Positions 38,579-48,046 of a stretch of DNA of 64,000 nucleotides are shown here, piece after piece. Source of the DNA: an uncultured delta proteobacterium (GTDB lineage: Bacteria; Desulfobacterota; Syntrophia; Syntrophales; UBA2185); NCBI GenBank assembly GCA_963729715.1, contig CAVSPA010000003.1:224001-288000 (forward strand), in the 5' to 3' direction. Under the pieces are notes generated by a model, which made no database searches, was not told the origin of the DNA, and worked only from the letters and a program-made list of their open reading frames with translations. The stretch's first letter is position 1, and every line of letters starts with the position of its first letter. Position numbers and translations under genes: made by a program.

Positions 38579-39727
38579 ATGAAAGGCAAAGTGAAGTTTG
38601 TACAGGGAAACGAGGCGTGTGTGGAAGGTGCCTTGTATGCGGGGCTTGATTTTTTCGCGGGTTATCCCATCACTCCTTCCACGGAGATTGCCGAACTTCT
38701 TGCTTTTCGGCTTCCTATGCGATGCGGCAAGTTCATACAGATGGAAGATGAAATCGCCTCGATGTGCGCCATTATCGGAGCCTCCCTTACGGGACGCAAA
38801 GTCATGACAGCCACAAGCGGTCCCGGCTTTTCGTTAATGCAGGAAGCGGTTGGCTACGCGATCATGGCGGAAATCCCTTGCGTGATCGTTAACGTGCAGC
38901 GAGGGGGGCCATCGACGGGAATCCCGACTCATGTCAGCCAGGGCGACGTGAATCAGACTCGCTGGGGGACGCACGGCGATCATTCCATTGTGGCCTTGAC
39001 TGCTTCAAACAACCAGGACGTTTTCGCGATGACCGTGGAGGCGTTTAATATCTCCGAGACCTACCGGACGCCGGTGGTGCTTTTGTTCGATGAAGTGGTA
39101 GGCCACATGCGTGAGCGCCTGGTTCTGCCAGAGGAAGGAGATATCCCCATAGTGGAACGTCTGAAAACGTCGGTGAAACAAGGGGTGGATTATCATCCCT
39201 ATCTGCCACGTGAAGATGGTCGGCTGCCCATGTCCGATTTCGGGGGCGTTCATCGATATAACGTGACAGGTCTATACCACGACATGTGGGGATTTCCATC
39301 AGATGATCCGGGTGTTGTGCACGGGCTCATCAGGCATTTGATGGACAAAATCGACAACAGAACCAACCAGCTTGTCAGGTTTAAGGATTTTTACACCGAG
39401 GATGCCGAATTCTTGCTCATCTCTTACGGTTCCGCAGCGCGTTCCGCCCGGCATATTGTGGAAAGACACCGCAGGCGTGGAGAAAAATACGGACTGTTGG
39501 AAATGCAGACCCTCTGGCCGTTTCCATACGATCTGGTAAGGCAGAAAGCCGCCGGGGCAAGATACATTGTTGTCGTGGAGATGAACTCAGGGCAAGTCTG
39601 TCAATCCGTCAGACTGGCAGTGGACCGTCCGGAGCGGGTCTCTTTGGCCAACAGAATTGACGGTGTTTTAATCAGCCCGACGGATATTCAAAGGATGCTG
39701 CATGTGATCGAGGGGAAGGGGGTTTAG
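38579..39727 (+). CDS. korA: 2-oxoacid (probably 2-oxoglutarate):ferredoxin oxidoreductase alpha subunit
   Basis: GYPITPSTE, QMEDE, TATSGPG and QRGGPSTG motifs. Confidence 0.9.
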   Translation: MKGKVKFVQGNEACVEGALYAGLDFFAGYPITPSTEIAELLAFRLPMRCGKFIQMEDEIASMCAIIGASLTGRKVMTATSGPGFSLMQEAVGYAIMAEIPCVIVNVQRGGPSTGIPTHVSQGDVNQTRWGTHGDHSIVALTASNNQDVFAMTVEAFNISETYRTPVVLLFDEVVGHMRERLVLPEEGDIPIVERLKTSVKQGVDYHPYLPREDGRLPMSDFGGVHRYNVTGLYHDMWGFPSDDPGVVHGLIRHLMDKIDNRTNQLVRFKDFYTEDAEFLLISYGSAARSARHIVERHRRRGEKYGLLEMQTLWPFPYDLVRQKAAGARYIVVVEMNSGQVCQSVRLAVDRPERVSLANRIDGVLISPTDIQRMLHVIEGKGV

Positions 39728-39730
39728 GCA

Positions 39731-40534
39731 ATGGCGGTAAAAGATTACATTCGTGAACGATTCTTTCCTCACATCTGGTGCGCGGGTTGCGGGCATGGCA
39801 TTGTTTTGAACGGTTTGATACAAGCGATCGAGAAACTGCGGTTGAATAAAAACGACATCGTCATGGTGTCGGGCATTGGCTGTTCCTCACGAATTACTGG
39901 CTACCTTGATTTTCATACGATGCATACCCTGCACGGTCGCGCTCTGGCTTTCGCTACAGGGATTAAACTGAGCAGACCAGAATTGAAGCTAATTGTGCCC
40001 ATGGGCGACGGCGACGCCCTTGCCATTGGAGGCAATCATTTCATCCACGCCGCCCGGCGCAATATAGATATTACGGCCATTGTGATGAATAACCAGACCT
40101 ATGGGATGACCGGTGGTCAGTACTCCCCCTTATCCGGTTACGGAACCATGGCGAGCACCGCCCCTTACTCAAATATCGATCAGAGTTTTGATGTGGTCGA
40201 GTTAGCCGCCGCTGCCGGTGCGACTTTTGTGGCTCGGACCACCACATATCATGTGCAGGAGATGGTCGAAATGATCCAGGAGTCAATCGTGCATAAAGGA
40301 TTTTCTGTGGTGGAGATCATGTCCCCGTGCCCCACCTACTTTGGGCGCAGAAACCGGCAAGGCGACGCTGTGGACATGCTTAATTATATGAGTAAGACAA
40401 CAATCCCTGCCGATTCCATAGCTAAAGAGGATAATCCCAATCTAATTGAGCGTGGAATTTTTATTCGAAAAGAACTGCCCGAATATTGCTCCGCATATGA
40501 TACAATCATTCAACGTGCCAAGGAGGGGAAATGA
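39731..40534 (+). CDS. korB: 2-oxoacid:ferredoxin oxidoreductase beta subunit
   Basis: WCAGCG, SGIGCS, GDGD and YGMTGGQ motifs. Confidence 0.9.
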   Translation: MAVKDYIRERFFPHIWCAGCGHGIVLNGLIQAIEKLRLNKNDIVMVSGIGCSSRITGYLDFHTMHTLHGRALAFATGIKLSRPELKLIVPMGDGDALAIGGNHFIHAARRNIDITAIVMNNQTYGMTGGQYSPLSGYGTMASTAPYSNIDQSFDVVELAAAAGATFVARTTTYHVQEMVEMIQESIVHKGFSVVEIMSPCPTYFGRRNRQGDAVDMLNYMSKTTIPADSIAKEDNPNLIERGIFIRKELPEYCSAYDTIIQRAKEGK

Positions 40535-41082
40535 TGGTGGAGCGGACCAGATTTGTATTTTCCGGAGCAGGGGGCCAAGGGGTTGTTACAGCCGCCATCA
40601 TTTTGGCTGAGGCGGCTGTGCTCTTCGAGAATTTAAATGCGGTTCAAACCCAGGTCTACGGCGCTGCCGCGAGAGGTGGGGCGACTCGTTCCGAAGTTAT
40701 TATTTCCGACTCGGAGATATTCTTTCCAAAGGTCAACCAGCCAAACGTGCTGATTTGCCTCACCCAGGACGCGTACAACAAATTCTCTCGCGTTATCCGC
40801 CCCGGAGGGCTGCTGATCACGGATACACATTATGTTAAGACTGAGCGGACGGTCGATGCTATGCTCAAAGAGTTCCCCATGTATCAGACAGTGATTGACA
40901 AAATAGGAAATCAGATCGTGTTCAATATCTGTGTGCTTGGGGTTGTGATCGGCCTGACAGGGATTGTCCGGTCAGAATCTGTCATGAAGGTACTTGAAAA
41001 GCAGATCAGCCCAAGTTTTATCGAAATGAACCGTAAAGCCCTCGATTTGGGACTGAATCTATCGGAGGGAAAGAGAAAATAA
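40531..41082 (+). CDS. korC: 2-oxoacid:ferredoxin oxidoreductase gamma subunit
   Basis: SGAGGQG and QVYGAAARGG motifs. Confidence 0.88.
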   Translation: MMVERTRFVFSGAGGQGVVTAAIILAEAAVLFENLNAVQTQVYGAAARGGATRSEVIISDSEIFFPKVNQPNVLICLTQDAYNKFSRVIRPGGLLITDTHYVKTERTVDAMLKEFPMYQTVIDKIGNQIVFNICVLGVVIGLTGIVRSESVMKVLEKQISPSFIEMNRKALDLGLNLSEGKRK

Positions 41083-41114
41083 AGAACCACATTGAGCACT
41101 GTGATCTGATATCC

Positions 41115-41300
41115 CTACCAAACTGCAACAAAGCCATCCGTTCGCGATTCCGTTGCACCGGCCAGTACACCTTCACTGTTTCGCCAGATAATCTGCCCCG
41201 CCTGGGCTGCAAGCGGCTGCGAAGTTGCAACCATGCCTTTCCTGGCGAAAACCATGCTTCGCCGGGACGGATAAGGATGATACAAAGGGTCATATTGCAT
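41115..41300 (-). pseudogene. ggt: Gamma-glutamyltransferase remnant (N- and C-termini fused in frame)
   Basis: YPSRRSMVFARKGMVATSQPLAAQAG (GGT N-terminus) joined directly to QIIWR...GVLAGATESRTDG (GGT C-terminus). Confidence 0.8.
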
Positions 41301-41346
41301 TTTCTTCAATCCTTTATAGAAATTTTCTATACAGGCTTCCTGAGGC

Positions 41347-42819
41347 TTATACGTATCCAAGCCACTTCCAGTATGTGGCCCCTAAGAGAAGAATGACGAG
41401 ATAGGCGATGATTGTTAAAGGAATGCCTGTCCGCATGAAATCTTTAACTTCAAATGTTTCTGTGCTGTATGCCACCATATTTTGTGGCGCATTTACCGGC
41501 AAGATAAACCCGAAGCTCACCACGTACTGTAAAATCATTGTCATGCCCCATACGTTCATGCCCGCCATCTTTACCTCCTGCAATACCGAAATCACAATCG
41601 GTATCATAGCTGACGCCAAAGCGGTGGCACTGGCAAACCCAAGGTGGATGATAATGAGGAAAGCGGCAAGGACAGCCAGAATTGTCAAGGCAGGCATGGT
41701 CTGTAAGCCAAACCAGGTGACAATCATTTTAGCCAGCCAGGCAGCGGCTTTCGTGGAAAGAAGAGCCGATCCAAGGCTTATGCCTATCCCGAACAACATC
41801 AGAGTACCCCAAGGGATTTTTGCCTGTGCTTCTTTCCATGTCATTACACCTACAACAGGCATCAGCATGATGGCCACGGCAGCGAGGGTCGTAGAGGCGG
41901 TATCGAAATTGTGGAGGACCATTTCGGTAGACCAGAAGAATAGCAGTGTAAGCGATACAGCGAACAGCTTCTTCTCGTTCAGTTTCATAGGACCAAGGTC
42001 AGCCAAGGCTTTAGCGATAGTTTCCCGGCTGCCTGGGATTTCCTCGGTGTCAGGCGGCATGACCTTCATCAAGACGTAATACAAGACCACAGACATAATC
42101 ACGGCGAAGGGAGCGGCGGCAATAAACCATTCGAACCAGGTAATCTGTTTGTTAAGAAGTTTATCAATAAAGCCGATGGCAACCATATTTTGTGCGGCTG
42201 CCGTTTTGATACCGACATTCCAAATACTATCAGCCTGGGCGGTGGCGATCATCAGGACGCCGGCAAATTTGCTCTTTTTATCCACATTAAGCGCCAGGAT
42301 AATCCCCATTACAATAGGAACCAGACAAGCGACCCTTGCGGTTGTGCTGGGAATGAAGAAACTGAGAACGAAACCCACAAAAATTACTCCAATCAGAATA
42401 CGGTTAGTCTTCGTCCCTATTTTAGACAGGATGGATAAGGCGATCCGCTTGTCGAGGCCGGTCTGCATCATCGCGGCGGCGATAAACAGCGCCCCGCCCA
42501 CTAAGGCAGTCGCGGGGTTGCTGAATCCGCCCAATGCCAGGGAGAGACCCTTGGAAGTTCCCATGACGCCCTTGGGATTGGCAACATCGGGTGATGTGCC
42601 GAGCAGGAAGACCATAATCGCCAGGATTATGGCGGCGCTGATCGGGTAGGAAACAGCCTCGGTCATCCAGATTATTATCGAAAAGATAAGCATGGCGATC
42701 ATTCTCTGACCCGCTACCGTTAGTCCTTCCGGCGTCGGCATTGCAATGATCCCCAATAACACAACAACACTGATAATAAGGCCATAGCGCTTGCTGAAGG
42801 AATCCTGTTCTGCTTTCAT
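41347..42819 (-). CDS. DASS-family dicarboxylate/anion transporter
   Basis: TGLDKRIA, FFIPSTTAR, IPWGTL, FASATA and PVNAPQN motifs; many TM helices. Confidence 0.92.
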   Translation of the reverse strand: MKAEQDSFSKRYGLIISVVVLLGIIAMPTPEGLTVAGQRMIAMLIFSIIIWMTEAVSYPISAAIILAIMVFLLGTSPDVANPKGVMGTSKGLSLALGGFSNPATALVGGALFIAAAMMQTGLDKRIALSILSKIGTKTNRILIGVIFVGFVLSFFIPSTTARVACLVPIVMGIILALNVDKKSKFAGVLMIATAQADSIWNVGIKTAAAQNMVAIGFIDKLLNKQITWFEWFIAAAPFAVIMSVVLYYVLMKVMPPDTEEIPGSRETIAKALADLGPMKLNEKKLFAVSLTLLFFWSTEMVLHNFDTASTTLAAVAIMLMPVVGVMTWKEAQAKIPWGTLMLFGIGISLGSALLSTKAAAWLAKMIVTWFGLQTMPALTILAVLAAFLIIIHLGFASATALASAMIPIVISVLQEVKMAGMNVWGMTMILQYVVSFGFILPVNAPQNMVAYSTETFEVKDFMRTGIPLTIIAYLVILLLGATYWKWLGYV

Positions 42820-42959
42820 AATTAACTCCCTCTAAAAAAGTTAATTGACCCACGGCTGATATTGTTACCATATTTTTATATAGAGTTCTGTAGTTATTTT
42901 GATTATCACAAATTGTAATCTGTACTATTTCTCTATGCGATGAGGTGAGGATAAGTAGG

Positions 42960-43379
42960 GTATGCCGTGTAAAACGTATGACTAGTCGGTTAAAGTCCGA
43001 CGGTGGGAGTTCTGTAGTTCGCCCACGTAGCTGGAGGGAAGTGTTAAGGGTAACCTGAAGCATTAAGTTCCCTGACAAAGGTTCCTATAGGGAGTCGAGC
43101 AAACCTGCGGGTCGCAGCGTGAGCGAACCTAGATGTAGCCTCAAAAATCACAATGGAGTTGTCGACCCTCTCCTACACAGGGGAAGACCGGAGCATCTAT
43201 CCTGACGAAAACCACCAGAACCGATAGATGGACTTCCGTGGTAACAGGGGTGACACGCAGGGGCAGCCAGACGAGAATGAACGCGGGAGACCCTTGTCGA
43301 TGCTGCGAGAGCGGCAACTGGTGGATATAAGGAAACGAAGTTTCACTGGGTCGGCACGGGAGTCGGAGTTGCCCATAGT
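42960..43379 (+). mobile_element. Group II intron A, 5' part only (D1, D2, start of D3)
   Basis: 5' end GTATG (GUGYG variant). EBS1 hairpin GTCGACCCT-CT-CCTAC-AC-AGGGGAAGAC pairs with upstream GTAGG. Ends at GAGTCGGA...CCCATAGT. Confidence 0.7.
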
Positions 43380-44296
43380 GTGCGCTGGGCAGCGCACTGA
43401 TCAGGAAGGTTAGAGTCCCTCTGGCACCCGGATGAGGGGTGTCATATCCAAAGGCGGGGGTAACGCCTCGCTGGACGCGGAGAACAGATAAGGAGAACCC
43501 TAAATAGGGCACGAAGCCGGAAACGGTGGAAACAGACAAGGGGATGCACCTAAGTTTGATCTCTGTCGACAGACAACCGGAGGACAGGGTGTCCATCGTG
43601 AGATGGAATCCGAAGGGTTTGCGGAGAAATACCGGGCCGTAGTCGAGGGAGCCATCCCAAGGACGAACCGGTCGGCCAAGGGTGGGGCAAGGTCGAGCCT
43701 GCACTATGGAGGCGAAGGCGTTCTCATCCACCCGCCGCACCAGGGTGTTTGCGGGCGGCATGGTAGGGAAGATCAGTGAGTGACCCCAGGAGGACTCACA
43801 TGGTTTCCGGGTGGCACCGGAATAAGTGACCCTATAAGCATAAGCGAAGTGGGAAGCGATGCCATGTGAGTAGTCGGACAACCGAATAATACCTGAAGCA
43901 CGGTGAAAGCCATGTGACCGAGGAATCGGCAGAAGAGTGATCTGGGGAAGGCGGTTGACAAGGGTGGTCGGGGCGAAACGAGAAGCGAGATAAGGAAGGA
44001 TGATGACGAGGATAAGTTCCGTCAGTGAAAAACCCATAAGTGATCATTCGAGGAGACTCGTGGACTGGATCAAACCGACCGGTGGAAGGAAGGCCCACTC
44101 ATTAGTGGACAAGGTTTACAAGATGAAGAAGAGCCGATCTTCGATCCGGTATTCGAGGAAGCCAACTTCGGGTATCGGAAGGGGAGATCATCGAAAAATG
44201 GGTCTTGTGAATCTTGTATCGCTAATACCTTCTATCACATCTGCCAGAAAGGCAACTTTTGTGAAAGCCGGATGCTGGAAAACTGCATGTCCGAAT
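43380..44296 (+). mobile_element. Group II intron B, nested in A, with an internally deleted RT and an interrupted domain V
   Basis: 5' GTGCG. EBS1 ACTATGG (43703-43709) is complementary to CCATAGT (43373-43379). D5 AAGCCGGATGC-TGGAAAACT-GCATGTCCG is cut at 44296. Confidence 0.8.
44000..44296 (+). pseudogene. ltrA: Remnant of the intron B reverse transcriptase/maturase
   Basis: Fragments KAHSLVDKVY, EPIFDPVFEEANFGYRKGRSS (44131-44196, other frame) and GLVNLVSLIPS. No YADD. Confidence 0.75.
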
Positions 44297-45100
44297 GTGT
44301 GTCCAGCGAAGGCTGGTATGTTCAGCAGGAGTTAGTCCTGCCGGGGAAAAAGACAGAAGCCCCGTAGCTTGGATAGCAGGGTGGCGGGAAACCAAGACTC
44401 TGAAGCCTATCGACAAAGCCACCGAAAGGGTGGTTGCGAGTTACCAGGCCGTAACGAGAGTGAACGCAGAGGTGGCCCCGAAAGTGTGAAGCCCCGGAAG
44501 CCGAGCCTGCATCCGTAAGGCGAAGGCAAGATGAACAGACGAAAACTGGATGATACGTTTGATTCATTCCGGCGGGGTGATAGCGACAGCATGGTAGCAA
44601 GGACAAACCAAGCAACTGGAGAAGCCCTCCTCGTCCCAGGGAGAAATCTCTGGAGCAAGGTAGATTCTATAACCGTGAACAGCGGGAAGTGGATCGAAGG
44701 CGAGAGGGTGGCGGATGGGTTCGTAAGAGCGATGAACCGGAGTAATAGCCGGGGAGCAAAGGAGCCCTGCTGTTAATGATCTTCCGACAACACTGGGAGG
44801 TAAGGGCGAAATGATGAAGGCGCCCGTTAGTTTACAGGACCTGAGGAGGAAGATGTACTTAAAGGAGAAGTCTGAAAAGGCGTGGTGATTCTGCAAGGAA
44901 CCGCTGTGGTTTCGGCTGGGACAGGTGGAATAGGGACTGATTATCAGGCCTGAAAGCGCTGCCAGACTGATAGGTCACATAAACCTTTAGGAGAAGTTAA
45001 CAGGAAAGCATAGTGCGGGAAATCCGCATGCTATGATTGACGAGGCGGGGGCTGGAAACGTACTGAAAGTGCTCAGTGACGCGCCAGTCCTCGACCCTAC
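44297..45100 (+). mobile_element. Group II intron C, complete RNA (D1-D6) with a deleted RT, inserted in D5 of B
   Basis: 5' GTGTG. D5 AAGCATAGTGCGG-GAAA-TCCGCATGCTATGATT (45006-45038). D6 GGGGCTGG...CCAGTCCTCGACCCTAC ends in AC. Confidence 0.88.
44811..44940 (+). pseudogene. ltrA: Remnant of the intron C reverse transcriptase/maturase
   Basis: MMKAPVSLQDLRRKMYLKEKSEKAW* followed directly by the C-terminal-like ARNRCGFGWDRW. Confidence 0.7.
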
Positions 45101-45146
45101 GACAAAATTCTTGCACCCGACGGATCGAAAGTCCGGTACAGCACCT

Positions 45147-45719
45147 TCAGTAGAAAAGTTCTTTGATAAGGACACGACCGGAAGGGTCGAAAAGAAAGCC
45201 CTCCATCTTCAGTAAGGCCCGTTTCATTTCGATACCGCCCTGATATCCGCCCAGTGTTCCGTCAGAGCGAATGGCACGATGGCATGGTATTATGATCGGA
45301 AACGGATTGGTAGCCAAAGCTCTGCCTACGGCGCGTGCACCATAGGCATCACCGAGATGATTGGCGATCCGATGATATGTACTCACACTGCCGCGCGGAA
45401 TTCCATGTTCAGCAAGCAAGACCCTTTGCTGAAATTTCGAGCATAGATCCAAACGAACAATATCGAGAAAGAAGTGGACGTCTTCGCCCGTCAGGAATGC
45501 TGCAATCTGGTCGGCAACAAAATCAACCTCGGCGCAGGAAGAAGGTATGAGATCGGGAAAGGATGTCTGGACAAGCTGCCTGGCCGACACTTTGGGCTTG
45601 GAAAGCAAGGCACGCCAGATTTTCGGCTGACCTCGATGTACTTGCCAAAGGACGGCTACCGAACCGAAGGGTGTCCTGCGAAGGCAGTAGGATGACGGGG
45701 TGTTTTCTGTCTTCTTCAT
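45147..45719 (-). CDS. ogt: Methylated-DNA-[protein]-cysteine S-methyltransferase
   Basis: ARAVG, NPFPIIIPCHR and LGGY motifs. Confidence 0.93.
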   Translation of the reverse strand: MKKTENTPSSYCLRRTPFGSVAVLWQVHRGQPKIWRALLSKPKVSARQLVQTSFPDLIPSSCAEVDFVADQIAAFLTGEDVHFFLDIVRLDLCSKFQQRVLLAEHGIPRGSVSTYHRIANHLGDAYGARAVGRALATNPFPIIIPCHRAIRSDGTLGGYQGGIEMKRALLKMEGFLFDPSGRVLIKELFY

Positions 45720-45854
45720 GTGTTTAACAATTATTGCCGTTTGAAATACAGCAGCCTCGTCATGGTTTAAGAGCCGCTGCTTTCAGGAAGGGATGACCAG
45801 AAGATCAAATCCTGATTTTGCAAAATCGCGCAACCGGCCCGATCGCCAACTGCA

Positions 45855-47048
45855 TCAGTGCCGGGCCCTAAGGTGCTGTACTGCCTTTTCCAGGCCGTCC
45901 AGTGTCAGCTCGAACATGGGAAAGACCTGGCCGATCATGCCGACGGTAAAAGTATGGCGCCAGTCATCTTCAGGCTGGGGATTGAGCCAAACGGCATGGT
46001 GAAATATATTGGCAAGATATTTCAGACGCTCCAGGCCGGTCCCAACCTCCACCTCATCGATGTATATCGACCCGGTGGTGTGGATCAGCTCATAGGGAGC
46101 CATGCTCGCATCGCCAACGATGATGAGCCTTGTTTCCGGATCTTTGCGGATGAACTCTTCGATAGGCTCCGGCTTGTAGCGCCGCTGCGCGTCCTGCCAG
46201 ACACGGCTGTAAATGGTGTTATGGAAGAAGTAGATTTTCAAGTCCTTGAACTGGCTCCGGGCATAATGAAACAGGGTCTGGACGACCTCGACATAGGGGT
46301 CCATAGACCAGCCGCCGTTGTCGATCATGAGGATGATCTTGAGACGATCCGATAACCGGCGATCGAAGATGATCTCGATTTCTCCGGCGTTTCGCATTGT
46401 CTCATAGATGGTCTCATCCACATTTACAAGATCTTTCGGACCGGAGGGAATCATGCGGCGCAGCCGCTTCAAGGCCTCGCCCATCTGCACCTCTGTCAGA
46501 GGGCCTTCCTGTGAATAATCCTTATATCGCCGTTCCATGGCCACCTTGACGGCCGATTTGTTTCGGGACTGCCCACCCACGCGCATCCCGCCTGGATGAT
46601 AGCCAGAATGCCCGACCGGCGAGGTACCTCCCGTGCCGATCCAGCGGTTTCCCCCGTGATGGGCTTCCGTCTGATCCTTGAGCCGGTCGAGAAAATATTG
46701 GATAAGCTCTTCGGGCGTCATCTTTTTCAGTTCTGATGCGTCGAGACCAAGGGCCTCGGCGATTTGCTCCGGGTTCCTCAGCCATTCTTCGAGAAGCGCC
46801 TTCACGATTTCCGTAAGCTCAATTTCTTCCGGCGCCTTGAGGGCAACGCCGCGGAAGAAATGCGCGAAGACCTGATCGTACATATCGAAATAACGCTCGC
46901 TCTTTACGAGGATTGCACGGGCGGTCGTGTAAAAATCATCGACGGACTGGATCATGCCGAGGCTCAACGCCTTCTGCAGCCTCAAGAAAGACGTAGGCGA
47001 CACTGGAAGCCCGCGCTCACGGAGCGTATAGAAAAATTCGATAAACAA
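45855..47048 (-). CDS. VWA-domain (CoxE-like) partner of a MoxR ATPase
   Basis: HHGGNRWIGTGGTSP, DNGGWSM, FFHN, VGDASMAPYE and WLNP motifs. Confidence 0.85.
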   Translation of the reverse strand: MFIEFFYTLRERGLPVSPTSFLRLQKALSLGMIQSVDDFYTTARAILVKSERYFDMYDQVFAHFFRGVALKAPEEIELTEIVKALLEEWLRNPEQIAEALGLDASELKKMTPEELIQYFLDRLKDQTEAHHGGNRWIGTGGTSPVGHSGYHPGGMRVGGQSRNKSAVKVAMERRYKDYSQEGPLTEVQMGEALKRLRRMIPSGPKDLVNVDETIYETMRNAGEIEIIFDRRLSDRLKIILMIDNGGWSMDPYVEVVQTLFHYARSQFKDLKIYFFHNTIYSRVWQDAQRRYKPEPIEEFIRKDPETRLIIVGDASMAPYELIHTTGSIYIDEVEVGTGLERLKYLANIFHHAVWLNPQPEDDWRHTFTVGMIGQVFPMFELTLDGLEKAVQHLRARH

Positions 47049-47060
47049 ATCCGGTTCCTC

Positions 47061-47903
47061 TCAGCGCATCCTCGCCGACTGCTGGGTGGCGGCAGCGAGA
47101 TCTGCGCTCTTCTTGAAAAGGATGCCCAAATAGGGCGTGTTTCCCCGCGAAAGCGATTTTATGTGCATATCGGGGTCCGTCTTCAGGGCGCGAATCCAGT
47201 TGATCAGTTCCCGCGTGGCCGGCTTCTTTTCAATTCCCTTGAAATCGCGCAGGCGGTAGAAGGCCTCGATGCAGGCCTCGGAGAGATCCTTGCCGAGATT
47301 GGGGAAATGAACGCCTACGATGAGCCGCATCGTCCCGGTATCGGGAAAGGCGATGTGATGAAAATTGCAGCGGCCGAGGAAGGGATCGGAGAGGTCCTTC
47401 TTCGCGTTGGAGGTAATGATGATCACAGGCCGGTTGCGCGCCGTGATGGTCTTGTCAATTTCTATGATATCGAACTGCATCTGGTCGAGGACGTCGAGCA
47501 TGTCGTCCTGAAAATCGCTGTCGGCCTTGTCTATCTCGTCGATCAAGAGCACCGTCCGGACCTCCGATACAAAGGCTTGGCCGATTTTTCCCATCCGGAT
47601 GTATTCCTCGATATTGCTGACGTCCCGCTTGGAATCACCGAAGCGGCTGTCGTTTAAGCGCGTGAGGGTATCGTATTGATACAGGGCGTCCACAAGCTTC
47701 ATGCTGGACTTTACATTCAGCACAATCAGGGGCATCTTCAGGCTTTCGGCAATGGCATGGGCGAGCATCGTCTTTCCCGTGCCCGGCTCCCCTTTGAGCA
47801 GGAGCGGCATTTCCAGGGCTATGGAGACATTCACAACTTTTGCCAACTCGTCATCGAGAACGTACTTGGACCCGCCGCGAAAAGAATTGTTATCTTTGGT
47901 CAT
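47061..47903 (-). CDS. MoxR-family AAA+ ATPase
   Basis: GEPGTGKT, LIDEIDKAD and ITSN motifs. Confidence 0.92.
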   Translation of the reverse strand: MTKDNNSFRGGSKYVLDDELAKVVNVSIALEMPLLLKGEPGTGKTMLAHAIAESLKMPLIVLNVKSSMKLVDALYQYDTLTRLNDSRFGDSKRDVSNIEEYIRMGKIGQAFVSEVRTVLLIDEIDKADSDFQDDMLDVLDQMQFDIIEIDKTITARNRPVIIITSNAKKDLSDPFLGRCNFHHIAFPDTGTMRLIVGVHFPNLGKDLSEACIEAFYRLRDFKGIEKKPATRELINWIRALKTDPDMHIKSLSRGNTPYLGILFKKSADLAAATQQSARMR

Positions 47904-48046
47904 GTATAAACTCCTTTTATAACTGCGTCGTTAAACGCCGGATATTTTTTGAATCGTGTTTTCCTATTTCATCTGTGGAAAAATTACCAGCGTTTTTTTC
48001 AACGCAGCCGATAGTGCATCAATATTGCCCGGCATATTGCAGGCCG

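Noticed and set aside
43141..44037. 298-aa minus-strand ORF and other short ORFs in 43100-45000
   Set aside because: They are antisense to, or overlap, structured group II intron RNA and have no protein motifs.
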